From: Candidatus Multivoradales bacterium
Lineage (GTDB): Bacteria; Acidobacteriota; Thermoanaerobaculia; Multivoradales; JAHEKO01
Direction of reading: 5' to 3'
Assembly (NCBI GenBank): GCA_965248055.1
Contig: CBDFIJ010000004.1
Location: 896,001-960,000, forward strand
DNA length: 64,000 bases
Positions 9,170 to 18,388 of this stretch are shown in pieces (position 1 is the stretch's first letter; each line of letters begins with the position of its first letter). The notes beneath the pieces were generated by a model that did no database searches, had not been told where the DNA came from, and worked only from the letters and a program-made list of their open reading frames with translations. A program made the position numbers and the translations under genes.

Positions 9170-10969
9170 TTGCACCTCCACCACCTCCGTGGCATTGTAG
9201 CCCTAGTGGCCTATCCCAGTCCCAATATCCTCGTCCCTAAACCGCGGGACATCCGTGTTGGCAATGCGTTCCCAACCCCGCAGTCGGTGGCCCTGCGAGG
9301 CCCCTGGTCCGAAGACCTGGCCCATTCCTTCGATGCCGACGCCAACACTGGGTGGTCGATCGAAATCCAGATCGACGCAGAGATACCGAGTCAGCACTAT
9401 CGATTGAATCTCACTAGCTCGGGTGCGGTCCTCCAGACCTCGGACCGCTCTGGGGCATGGAATGGGCTGCAAACCACTCGCCAATGGTTGCAGGCACACC
9501 AAGCGCTCCCTCAAATATCAGCGCTGTCAGTGGTCGATGGCCCGGATTTCGTGCGCCGAGGAATCACACTCGATATCAGCCGTTGCCGAGTGCCGCAAAT
9601 GAGCCAGCTCTACGCCCTGGTCGATAGCCTGGCGGGATGGAAGATCAATCAACTCCAGCTCTATACCGAACACACCTTCGCCTACGCTGGCCACAAGCAG
9701 GCGTGGAACGGCTGCTCTCCGATAACCGCGGAGGAAATTCATGCCTTAAGTACTTATTGTGCCCAGCGCGAGGTTCGACTGGTGCCCAATCAAAACAGCC
9801 TGGGTCATTTTCATCGCTGGTTGAAACACGCCGCGTACCGTCCACTTGCCGAATGCCCACAGGGAATCGAACACCCTTTTAGCTCGGCAGTCGAGCCTTA
9901 CGGACTGTGTGCCACCGATCCGCGGGTGTTCGATCTGCTCAGCGACCTCTACGGTCAACTGCTGCCCCAGATCGACGGCGACCGAGTACACGTCGGCTGC
10001 GATGAGACCATCGACCTAGGACGGTGTCGCTCGAAGTCCGAGGCTGCCGCACGGGGAGTTCCGGCCCTGTTCACTGACTACGTGCTGCGCCTGCGCCAAC
10101 TGGCGGCCCGCTGGGATCGCAAGCTGGAGATCTGGGCGGATACCCCGTTGGCGAATCCAGAGATGGTCGACCAACTCCCGGACGACGTACGCCTTCAGGT
10201 CTGGGGTTACGAGGCCGAGCACCCCTTTGACCAACAATTGAGTCTATTGCACGGTAGAGACATCGACATCTGTCCGGGTACCAGCAGTTGGTGCAGCTTG
10301 GCGGGGCGGTCCAACAATGCTCTGGCCAACCTCAGTGCGGCTGCTCAAGCCGGAGTCGGCCATGCGGCGGGTTATGTAATCACCGATTGGGGTGATTACG
10401 GACATCCGCAGCCGCCTTCGGTGAGCACACTTGGTTATCTCGCAGGTTCGGACCTGGCTTGGAACGCGGTTGGCCGAGCCAGTGACCAGTACCGGGTTCT
10501 GCTCCAGCAGCATCTGGGGGATGGCATTGGTGCAGCCCTGTTTGACCTGGGCACGGCTCACGAAGCGTTGGCCACCCCTTGTTTCAACGGCACTCCCCTG
10601 TTTCATCTGTTGTTTCATTGGCAAGATTCGCTGTCCCATGGTCGCTATCGGGGCCTGGGAGCGAGCGATCTCAAAACCGCCAAGAGTGCGATCGACCGGG
10701 TTGCTGATCCAGGGAGTCACTCGCTCAAGAACGACATCCTGTGGCTTCGCAAAGGCCTGCAACTGTCGTGTGACTTAGGCCTCGCCCGCCTCGAACACCA
10801 CGACCGGATCGACCAACTACCACCCAGGGTTCGCGCCGATCTCGCCGATCGGCTGGCTACTTGGAGGTCGGACTACGCCGAACTGTGGCTGTCGACGTCG
10901 AGAACCGGTGGATTTGACGAATCGGTGGCACCGCTTGAGTCGCTGGGGGCAGCGCTTTCCACCGGCTGA
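9170..10969 (+). CDS. Glycoside hydrolase family 20 (beta-N-acetylhexosaminidase-like); start uncertain
   Basis: RGITLDISR, KINQLQLYTEH, PNQNSLGH, catalytic HVGCDE, ITDWGD. Confidence 0.85.
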   Translation: MHLHHLRGIVALVAYPSPNILVPKPRDIRVGNAFPTPQSVALRGPWSEDLAHSFDADANTGWSIEIQIDAEIPSQHYRLNLTSSGAVLQTSDRSGAWNGLQTTRQWLQAHQALPQISALSVVDGPDFVRRGITLDISRCRVPQMSQLYALVDSLAGWKINQLQLYTEHTFAYAGHKQAWNGCSPITAEEIHALSTYCAQREVRLVPNQNSLGHFHRWLKHAAYRPLAECPQGIEHPFSSAVEPYGLCATDPRVFDLLSDLYGQLLPQIDGDRVHVGCDETIDLGRCRSKSEAAARGVPALFTDYVLRLRQLAARWDRKLEIWADTPLANPEMVDQLPDDVRLQVWGYEAEHPFDQQLSLLHGRDIDICPGTSSWCSLAGRSNNALANLSAAAQAGVGHAAGYVITDWGDYGHPQPPSVSTLGYLAGSDLAWNAVGRASDQYRVLLQQHLGDGIGAALFDLGTAHEALATPCFNGTPLFHLLFHWQDSLSHGRYRGLGASDLKTAKSAIDRVADPGSHSLKNDILWLRKGLQLSCDLGLARLEHHDRIDQLPPRVRADLADRLATWRSDYAELWLSTSRTGGFDESVAPLESLGAALSTG

Positions 10970-11622
10970 CGCTGATCGGCATCGGTCACCTTGCGCGCTC
11001 CCAAGTAGAATGCCAGCACCCCGAACATACCGATCACGTGATAGAGATCATTGTGATTGAAGTTGCGGTGCAAGGTGAAGCCTGAGCGTTGGATGATCGA
11101 GGCGAGGGCAGTGATGCCGATCGCAGTCAGCCACCAGCGCATACTCGCTTGCTGGTGTCCGCGCACCAAGGTGGTTGCCGCTAGCAAGCCGACCACCACC
11201 AAAGCAAATCCATAGCCAGCGACCACGAACTTAAAATCACTGTGCCGTGCCATCCAGGTCGCATAGACCAGGAAATGTGCTCCTGCCAACAACATCACAA
11301 CTGTGCGCAGCGGATTGCGGGCGCTGGCGTAGGCAGTGCCCACCATCATCGAATAACTCGCCAGCCCCATGGCAAAAAAGACCGTACGCCACAAACCACT
11401 GTCCAACCAGCTAGGCGACTGCACCGCAAACGCGTGTGCGACGCCACCGGCGAAAGCGGCGACCGCCAAAGCGATTAAGGCGACAGCCCAATACCAGCGG
11501 GCGCTGGAACGGGCGCCCAGTTGCGAAGTGGAATTCTCCTTCCACAGGCGTCGAGCGCACAGCACCGCAACTAAGGCGACCAACAAATCGGTGAAAAACG
11601 TCATCGGTTCAGAAATCGGCAC
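10873..11622 (-). CDS. Multi-pass membrane protein (DUF6962-like)
   Basis: About seven hydrophobic helices, EPMT..TD start and FNHNDLYH motif. The 3' end overlaps the convergent GH20 gene. Confidence 0.7.
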   Translation of the reverse strand: MPISEPMTFFTDLLVALVAVLCARRLWKENSTSQLGARSSARWYWAVALIALAVAAFAGGVAHAFAVQSPSWLDSGLWRTVFFAMGLASYSMMVGTAYASARNPLRTVVMLLAGAHFLVYATWMARHSDFKFVVAGYGFALVVVGLLAATTLVRGHQQASMRWWLTAIGITALASIIQRSGFTLHRNFNHNDLYHVIGMFGVLAFYLGARKVTDADQRQPVESAAPSDSSGATDSSNPPVLDVDSHSSA

Positions 11623-11669
11623 GCGGCTATCATTGCGGCACGACCCGCTGCGGTCAATAGCAGTCCATC

Positions 11670-14600
11670 ATGCCCTCCCTCACTCCCCCACAACCCCCTG
11701 CATCCTCGACCGTGATCCAAGCATCGGGAACCCTGGCTTGCCAGGACCTGTTGTTCGACCGTCTGGATTCCTTGCTCGAGAATTACCAGACCCAGCCGGA
11801 CTTTCGCTCGCAGATCTGGCTGGTGGTACCAACTCGCGTCCTGCTTCGCCACCTACAACACCGCACAGTAGAAAGGTTGGGCGCCACACTCGGCCTGCGC
11901 TTCTGGACTCTCGGCGCTCTGGTGCGATCCCTGATTGCCAACGATCGGCACCACTCCGAAGCCAACAAGGATCGTTCGTCGAACGATGAGGACCCGACCG
12001 GCGACGATCTGCTGTTCGAGATCCTCGCCACGCGCCACCTAGCGGAACTGCGCGACACCAGCTTTGAACGCGCTCGAGGTCCAGGCGGCGCGCTGCGAGA
12101 TCTGGTCGATGCGGGGCTGGAGATTGAGCACCTCGGTAGCGTCATCGAACAGCTTGGCGACGCTGAGGTGTCCGGCGAGGACATCCAACGAGCCGAACAA
12201 CTGTTAATCGCTTGTGGAAAAACACTACAAGCTGCCGAGCAAGCGGGCATCTTCCCCGCTCGGCTGCGCTATGCAAGAGCCACCCAAACCTTGGACCAAG
12301 CAAACCAATACCCGAACTCCAGCGGCAACCCAAGCTCACTGTTGGTCTATGGCTTCGCCGACCTCACCGGCACCGGAGCTGATTTTCTACAAACCCTGGT
12401 CAACCGGTTCCATGGAACGGTGATCCTGAATCGACCTCCCGAGCCAGACGCCGCGACCCCGATTCCCGCGATCGATCGATATTTGCAGCGTTGGCAATCT
12501 CGACTCGCTCCACCGATCCTCGATTCCAGATCCGCTGCGTCACCAACAGTCACAGTGTTTCGCGCCGCCAAGCCCGCCGAAGAAATGCGCGGAATTGGCA
12601 CTCGCATTCGAACACTGCTGGAGCAAGGGATTACGCCGTCGTCGATTGGCGTGGTGCTTCGCCAACCGCTGGTCTATGCGCTGCCAGCGCTCAACGAACT
12701 GAGCCGACTGGAGATTCCCTGTTCAGCGCCGGGGCTGCCTGGGTTCCTGCTGCCCAGCGGGCGGCGTATTCGCGCTCTGTGCGACCTCCTCGATCACGGC
12801 GAGGCGGCACCCCTGGACCGCTGGCTCGACGCCCGTTGGGAGGCTGGGTCTTGGGAGGCCAGTGCTTTGGAGACCTACCCATGCGATGACCCAGACAGCG
12901 GAATTCCAACCTTCGAGATTCGCCGCCGGTTGGCACTCACCGGACTGCGGACTCTGGGGCATCTAGCGCGCCTAGAAGTGGACAACGAAAGCGACTCCTC
13001 CACCGAGGGCGGCAGGCAAGCGAAGTGGTGCGACGAAGCGAGCCAGATTCTCTCACTGCTGCACAGCTGGCGTTCCGGAGCGGGCGTTGACCATGCCCAT
13101 CAACTGGCCCAGCTGATCAAGCTTCTGCGCTGGCCCGAAGAGGAAATCTCGGCGATCGATATCGACTCACGGCTTCAGCCTCTGGAGTTGGAGCTTTCGT
13201 TCGATGAGTTTCGCTACTGGCTGAAACGTTCTACCGAAGACGACGGACGAACCGACTCAGATCCATGGACGCTCGGCGGGGTCCGCATCCTGAGAATTCA
13301 AGACGCTCGGGACGTGACCTTTTCCCACCTGTTCATTCCGGGGATGAGCCGGGGGCTCTTTCCACGCGCCATTCAAGGCGACGCCGAGTTGCGTGAGGAA
13401 TTACGCGAGTTGCTGGCCGGCGGATTGGTACCCGATCTGCCCTTGGCAAGTCGCTTCCACGACGAGGAAAGATATTTGTTTGCGCAACTATTGAGCGCTG
13501 CCCCCACAGTGACTCTCAGCCATTCGGAACGCAATCTCGACGAACGTTTAATGCCCCGGTCTTCTCTGCTGAGTCTGCTTCCGGCGGAAACCACGACTCA
13601 GATACCTCGTGGGGTCCCCGGTCCACAGGAGCCAGAGTTCGCACAATCTTGGAGCACTCTCAGCCCCTTTCAACGCCGGATTCAAGCAGGCCTTTGGAGT
13701 CGTAACCTGCAAGGGGAGGAGTTGTCCGCGGCGTCCATCGCGGTACTTGACGAGTACAACCGTGACGGACCCAGTCCCTACTTGGGTTGGATCGGTCCTT
13801 CCGAAGACGCTGGTGATCGACGCAACCGAACCGTCTACGTGACTCGTCTGGAAGGCTACGCTCGGTGCCCTTGGCAAACCTACCTGCGGAACTTCCTCAA
13901 GCTACGCCAACGCCAAGATCCCGATCTGGTCGCCCCAGATCTGCCACCGTTGGCCGTCGGTGCGGTGGTTCACGATCTACTTAAGGACATCGCCATAGCC
14001 GACGGCGTCCCCAGTGGCCCTTGGCGACGAGTGGCCGAGAACCAGCCGCAGGCCATGACTTGGCCCGACCAGGATGTATTGCAAGAAATGGTAGTCCAGG
14101 CGGCTCACAATTACACCAATCGTCAGGGAGTACGATTGCCCGGCTATGCCGAGACCCTGGCTCACGCGGTCGCCGCAACGCTTCAGCGGGCTCAAGCGGC
14201 AGACCTTCAGACCAAGACCCAAGTTGTGGCAGTGGAAAGCGAGGGAGTAGCCCAGTTCGATCGGCAAACGGTCGCTTTCCGCGTCGACCGACTGGAGATG
14301 CGCGACGGTGCCTTGCTAGCCACCGATTTTAAGACCGGAAGCCGCGCCCAGACCGGACGTCCCGCCACTCAGATTGGTAAGGCCCAATGGCTACAACTCC
14401 CCACCTACCTCTTGGGCGGTGCGGAGCAAGCACAGTTGTTGTTCATTGGCGACCGTGATCACCCCCAAGGCTTGGAAGTTGGTCTGGGTCTCGACGACAC
14501 CAAGGCGGTGGAAACATTTCGCGAACTGGCGGCGACTTTGTCCCAAGGATGGAGACAAGGGCGTTTCTTTCCTCGAGTCCTTACCCACTCCGGAAGTCGA

Positions 14601-14732
14601 CCGCGAACCTGCACCTGGTGCGAATTTGCTGAAGCCTGCTCCGAACGGGATCCCTTCGCCCGCAACCGAGTCAAGGAGGCGGTCGAGGCCGACGGCCCGG
14701 CAAATGGTGTCTGGAAGGTGGGGGTCGGATGA
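11670..14732 (+). CDS. addB: AddB-like helicase/nuclease subunit (PD-(D/E)XK nuclease with Fe-S staple)
   Basis: Degenerate helicase body, nuclease RVDRLE...DFKTG, and four Cys (YARCP; CTWCEFAEAC). ATGA-coupled to addA. Confidence 0.8.
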   Translation: MPSLTPPQPPASSTVIQASGTLACQDLLFDRLDSLLENYQTQPDFRSQIWLVVPTRVLLRHLQHRTVERLGATLGLRFWTLGALVRSLIANDRHHSEANKDRSSNDEDPTGDDLLFEILATRHLAELRDTSFERARGPGGALRDLVDAGLEIEHLGSVIEQLGDAEVSGEDIQRAEQLLIACGKTLQAAEQAGIFPARLRYARATQTLDQANQYPNSSGNPSSLLVYGFADLTGTGADFLQTLVNRFHGTVILNRPPEPDAATPIPAIDRYLQRWQSRLAPPILDSRSAASPTVTVFRAAKPAEEMRGIGTRIRTLLEQGITPSSIGVVLRQPLVYALPALNELSRLEIPCSAPGLPGFLLPSGRRIRALCDLLDHGEAAPLDRWLDARWEAGSWEASALETYPCDDPDSGIPTFEIRRRLALTGLRTLGHLARLEVDNESDSSTEGGRQAKWCDEASQILSLLHSWRSGAGVDHAHQLAQLIKLLRWPEEEISAIDIDSRLQPLELELSFDEFRYWLKRSTEDDGRTDSDPWTLGGVRILRIQDARDVTFSHLFIPGMSRGLFPRAIQGDAELREELRELLAGGLVPDLPLASRFHDEERYLFAQLLSAAPTVTLSHSERNLDERLMPRSSLLSLLPAETTTQIPRGVPGPQEPEFAQSWSTLSPFQRRIQAGLWSRNLQGEELSAASIAVLDEYNRDGPSPYLGWIGPSEDAGDRRNRTVYVTRLEGYARCPWQTYLRNFLKLRQRQDPDLVAPDLPPLAVGAVVHDLLKDIAIADGVPSGPWRRVAENQPQAMTWPDQDVLQEMVVQAAHNYTNRQGVRLPGYAETLAHAVAATLQRAQAADLQTKTQVVAVESEGVAQFDRQTVAFRVDRLEMRDGALLATDFKTGSRAQTGRPATQIGKAQWLQLPTYLLGGAEQAQLLFIGDRDHPQGLEVGLGLDDTKAVETFRELAATLSQGWRQGRFFPRVLTHSGSRPRTCTWCEFAEACSERDPFARNRVKEAVEADGPANGVWKVGVG

Positions 14733-17700
14733 GCAAACAACTCGATCTATTTCCCAACGGCTCCGGTCCTCCGGAGGCAGACACTGCAACGACTGCGACT
14801 TCAAAGGGCGATGACTCAGCGGCCTCCACGTCGGAGAACACGGCTTCGGAGAACACGGCTTCGGTGAACACTGCCTCAGAGAACACTGCTTCGGTGAGCA
14901 CTGCCTCGGGGAACACTGCCTCAGAGAACACTGCCTCGACAACCACCGACTCCACCGCGCGGCAACGCGCCGCCTGTACCTTTGATCGCCCGGTCACCGT
15001 CGAAGCCGGGGCTGGTACCGGAAAAACCACTCTGCTGATCCACCGTCTACTGGTGTGGACTCTCGACGCTGGGTGGAAACACGCTGCCCGCCGAAAGAGA
15101 AACCAAGGCGCACCGTCGCAAGAGATTGCCTCCGAGCGCACCGCAGGGCAGATCCTGGATCGGATCGTCGCCATCACCTTCACCGAAGCCGCGGCAACCG
15201 AATTGGCGGACCGCTTTATCACCGCAATCACTAACGCAGCCCACTTGGAATTTCCACCCGGCTTTGACCGTGACTGGATCGAAACGGATGACGCCACCGT
15301 GCAACAACGCACCCGATGGCTGATGCCGCAGTTGGACCGTGCTCACATCTCAACCATCCACGCATGGTGTTTCGAGGTGTTGCGCCGCCACCCCTACGTC
15401 GCCGAGGTTCAGTCCGACCTGGAAATCCTGGCCGACGCCCAACAGATCGAGGCTGTGGCCCGACAAGTAGTGGAAAAGCACTACGCCCTGGCCTATCAGC
15501 AGGGCTATGACGCCGACTTGGTCCGCCTGGGGGAAGAAAAGATCGGCCCCAGGGATCTGATCGAAATTGCCCGCACCTGGATCACTGCCGACTGGAACTT
15601 GGATCACCAACTCCCCGAAGACGACGGACTGTCCACTGCGCTCGAAGTGATCTGCAGCAGCGCCCACGCCTTGGCTGACGCCGCTACACCCAGCCTGGGC
15701 ACCTTGGGTGGCAAGAATCTGGCTCCTCTAGTGGTCGAAGCGGCCCAGGCAACATCCCAACTCGATGGCAGCGACCCCGCTGAGGCATTGCAGCAACTCA
15801 ACAGCCTGTGGTCAGACAAGCTGCGGAAGCGGGCGGTCTCGTGGGCCGAACGAGACTTCAATGCCACCGAGGCGAGGGCGATCCGTTCTACCTCGACAGG
15901 CCAAGAGAACATCGGCCAAGCCGCGACCGGACTGGCACTGTACCTTCCGATTCTGCGCTTCTTGGACCCAATACGCTGGGGACGACGGAGACGAGTTCTA
16001 GTCGCCATCCTGAACGACCTCCAAGTGGCCCTCAACGAGGCGTCAGCGATCACCTTCGGTGGCCTACTGCGCCGTACCGCGGAGCTGCTCAACAACCACC
16101 CGGAAGTTGCTAGGAGCGAGCGCAACCGGATCGATCTGTTATTGGTCGATGAATTCCAAGATACCGATTCTCAGCAGGCGTCCTTGGTGACTTCGTTGTC
16201 GTTACATCAGGAATCCGGCCCCTGCCTGATCGTGGTCGGTGATCCCAAGCAATCGATCTATGGCTGGCGTAGCGCGGACTTGGAAACCTATGAACAAGTG
16301 CAAACGGCGGTACGCAAACGCAAGGGACTGGAATTGGTGCTGACCCAGAATTTCCGCAGTACCGGCGAGATTCTGGCTGCGACCGACCACATTGTTGGCT
16401 CGCAGATGGTCCTGAATCCGGGAATTCAGCCGCTCTACCATCCACTAGAACTAGGAGCCTCGCACGCCACGGAACCCGGCCAAGCGGTGGAGCTTTGGCG
16501 CACCCCACCAGCACTCAAGGCCGCAGAGGCCACCCATCTGGAGGCTGAGTGGTTAGCCCATGACTTACAGCAGAGACACAGCGCAGGAGGTCTCCAGTGG
16601 CACCAAGTGGGCATCTTGATGCGCGGCAAGACGCATGTACGAACCCTGCTCCGGGCTCTGCGCCGCCGGGGCGTTCCCTACGTGCTCAGCTCCGACGCTG
16701 GTTTTCACCAACGCAGCGAAGTGATCGACGGCGCCGCCTGGGTGCGCTTGGTGGCGGATCCCACCGACGAAGTCGCGCTACTCAAAGTCTGCCGCTCTCC
16801 GGTGGTCGGCATCCCCGACGGCGCCCTTCTGCCCTTGTGGACCGGAGACTTCGTGCAATTGATGGCGGGTTTTGACAAACCGAACAGCGAAACCGAAATC
16901 CTACTGCGAAATCAACTTACGGAAGCAGCGGCCAGCCTAGGTGAGATTCCCGGCCTGGAGCGAATCGAGGGATGGGTCGAACTGGCGAGCTCTAGCCTGG
17001 GCCACATCGGCGCTCTGCGCCAGACCCTGCGGCAACACTCGTTCGTCGAGTTCATCAACCGTTTGCGCGAAGTGACCGCGATTGAAACGATCGAAGCGCG
17101 ACGTCCCGAAGGAGAAGCGCGAACCGCAAACCTGGAAAAACTCTTTGACCAACTAGTGCAGCAAGTGGAAGAGTCGGGTGGCGACACCCACGCGGTGTTG
17201 CGAGTGTTGCGACGCGGCATCTTCTTTGAGCTGCCAGCCGAAGAAGCGCTATCCCTAACTCCGGCCGACGGCGCGGTGCAAGTGGCGACCGTCCATGCTG
17301 CCAAGGGCCTAGAGTTCGATCACGTCTACCTGATTCAAACCGGCTCCGGTGGAGGTCACGATGACACCACCTTGCAAGTGGAACCGACACGACCGGGCGC
17401 CACCTTGATTCGCTCGGTCGCCCATCCGCAATGGGCCCACGGCAGGTTGCGCCGTAGACAAGTGACCGAGGCCGAGGCCTTGCGGCTACTCTACGTCGCT
17501 CTGACCCGAGCTCGGCGACGCTTGGTCATTAGCCTGCCGGGGAAACCTAGAGCCAACACTTTGGCCAAGCTGATTGATTCGACAATTGCCAGCAGCCCCA
17601 ATGTGTGGCTTGAACGCGAACTCACCGACTCTCCGGATGAGCACATCGACCCCAACCTCGACGCCAATCGTCACCAACCGCTGCCCAATCCGCCTTGGAC

Positions 17701-18334
17701 CTCCCTGGCTTCTCCGCTAGCACTGCATCAGACGCCGACCAGTCTTCCAGATCACTGGGCCACAGATCAGGGAGTCCCAGATCATCGGACTCCAGATCAG
17801 CGGGCTTCTAGCAACTCCGCAGCGTCTGCCAGCGACCCCTTGGGCGAAGCACACCACCGTCGCCGCGGAGAGGTCATTCATCGCCTGTTGGCGGAGATTG
17901 ACCTCAGCGACACTGAACCACAGCCACCCTCCTCAGTCGCCAGTCAGAAAGATGCAGTCGACTTCTGGCAACGATTTCGCACTTCTAGCAGCGGACAGAG
18001 ACTGCTCAAACTGGGATCTGTATCACCTGAAGGAGGTCGCCTACGCGGGCGCGAAGTCGATGTCTTAGGTGACGCCGCCTTGCTGGGCAACACGAGCAAC
18101 GCTGTCTACGCTACCGGCCGCCTCGACCTGCTGTACCAAGATTCCGCAGGCACCTGGGTCATTGCCGATTTCAAGACCGGCGCCCCGAGCGACCTCAGCG
18201 CTGCGGTCGAGCAATATCGCCCCCAGCTCAGCTTCTATGGTCGGGCTCTACAACAGGCTCTCGCCCTGGATCAGATGCCGCGGCTAGAACTTTGGTTTGT
18301 CGACCTGGATCGAATTGAAGAAATTGCTTCCTAG
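14729..18334 (+). CDS. addA: AddA-like UvrD helicase/nuclease subunit
   Basis: AGAGTGKT, VDEFQD, VGDPKQSIY, QNFRS, TVHAAKGLEF, YVALTRAR; C-terminal GRLDLL...DFKTG...QL. Confidence 0.9.
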   Translation: MSKQLDLFPNGSGPPEADTATTATSKGDDSAASTSENTASENTASVNTASENTASVSTASGNTASENTASTTTDSTARQRAACTFDRPVTVEAGAGTGKTTLLIHRLLVWTLDAGWKHAARRKRNQGAPSQEIASERTAGQILDRIVAITFTEAAATELADRFITAITNAAHLEFPPGFDRDWIETDDATVQQRTRWLMPQLDRAHISTIHAWCFEVLRRHPYVAEVQSDLEILADAQQIEAVARQVVEKHYALAYQQGYDADLVRLGEEKIGPRDLIEIARTWITADWNLDHQLPEDDGLSTALEVICSSAHALADAATPSLGTLGGKNLAPLVVEAAQATSQLDGSDPAEALQQLNSLWSDKLRKRAVSWAERDFNATEARAIRSTSTGQENIGQAATGLALYLPILRFLDPIRWGRRRRVLVAILNDLQVALNEASAITFGGLLRRTAELLNNHPEVARSERNRIDLLLVDEFQDTDSQQASLVTSLSLHQESGPCLIVVGDPKQSIYGWRSADLETYEQVQTAVRKRKGLELVLTQNFRSTGEILAATDHIVGSQMVLNPGIQPLYHPLELGASHATEPGQAVELWRTPPALKAAEATHLEAEWLAHDLQQRHSAGGLQWHQVGILMRGKTHVRTLLRALRRRGVPYVLSSDAGFHQRSEVIDGAAWVRLVADPTDEVALLKVCRSPVVGIPDGALLPLWTGDFVQLMAGFDKPNSETEILLRNQLTEAAASLGEIPGLERIEGWVELASSSLGHIGALRQTLRQHSFVEFINRLREVTAIETIEARRPEGEARTANLEKLFDQLVQQVEESGGDTHAVLRVLRRGIFFELPAEEALSLTPADGAVQVATVHAAKGLEFDHVYLIQTGSGGGHDDTTLQVEPTRPGATLIRSVAHPQWAHGRLRRRQVTEAEALRLLYVALTRARRRLVISLPGKPRANTLAKLIDSTIASSPNVWLERELTDSPDEHIDPNLDANRHQPLPNPPWTSLASPLALHQTPTSLPDHWATDQGVPDHRTPDQRASSNSAASASDPLGEAHHRRRGEVIHRLLAEIDLSDTEPQPPSSVASQKDAVDFWQRFRTSSSGQRLLKLGSVSPEGGRLRGREVDVLGDAALLGNTSNAVYATGRLDLLYQDSAGTWVIADFKTGAPSDLSAAVEQYRPQLSFYGRALQQALALDQMPRLELWFVDLDRIEEIAS
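14834..14938 (+). repeat. Seven-copy 15-bp in-frame tandem repeat (ENTAS-like) in the addA N-terminus
   Basis: gagaacacggcttcg x2, gtgaacactgcctca, gagaacactgcttcg, gtgagcactgcctcg, gggaacactgcctca, gagaacactgcctcg. Confidence 0.95.
17747..17806 (+). repeat. Four degenerate 15-bp in-frame repeats (CAGATCA core) in the addA helicase-nuclease linker
   Basis: ccagatcactgggcc/acagatcagggagtc/ccagatcatcggact/ccagatcagcgggct. Confidence 0.75.
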
Positions 18335-18388
18335 GGGGACACAAAGAGATTTGTGTCCCCTCTCTACAAGAAAATTTGTGTCCCCTAG
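18331..18388. repeat. REP/MITE-like palindromic element between convergent genes
   Basis: CTAGGGGGACACAAA ... TTTGTGTCCCCTAG ends, plus an internal hairpin GGGGACACAAA-gaga-TTTGTGTCCCC. Both flanking TAG stop codons lie in the terminal CTAGs. Confidence 0.7.

Noticed and set aside
14834-14938. Repeat array considered as CRISPR
   Set aside because: Contiguous 15-bp in-frame units with no spacers and no cas genes.
11670-18334. Helicase plus Cas4-like nuclease considered as a defence system
   Set aside because: Gene order, sizes and the Fe-S staple fit ordinary AddAB recombination genes.
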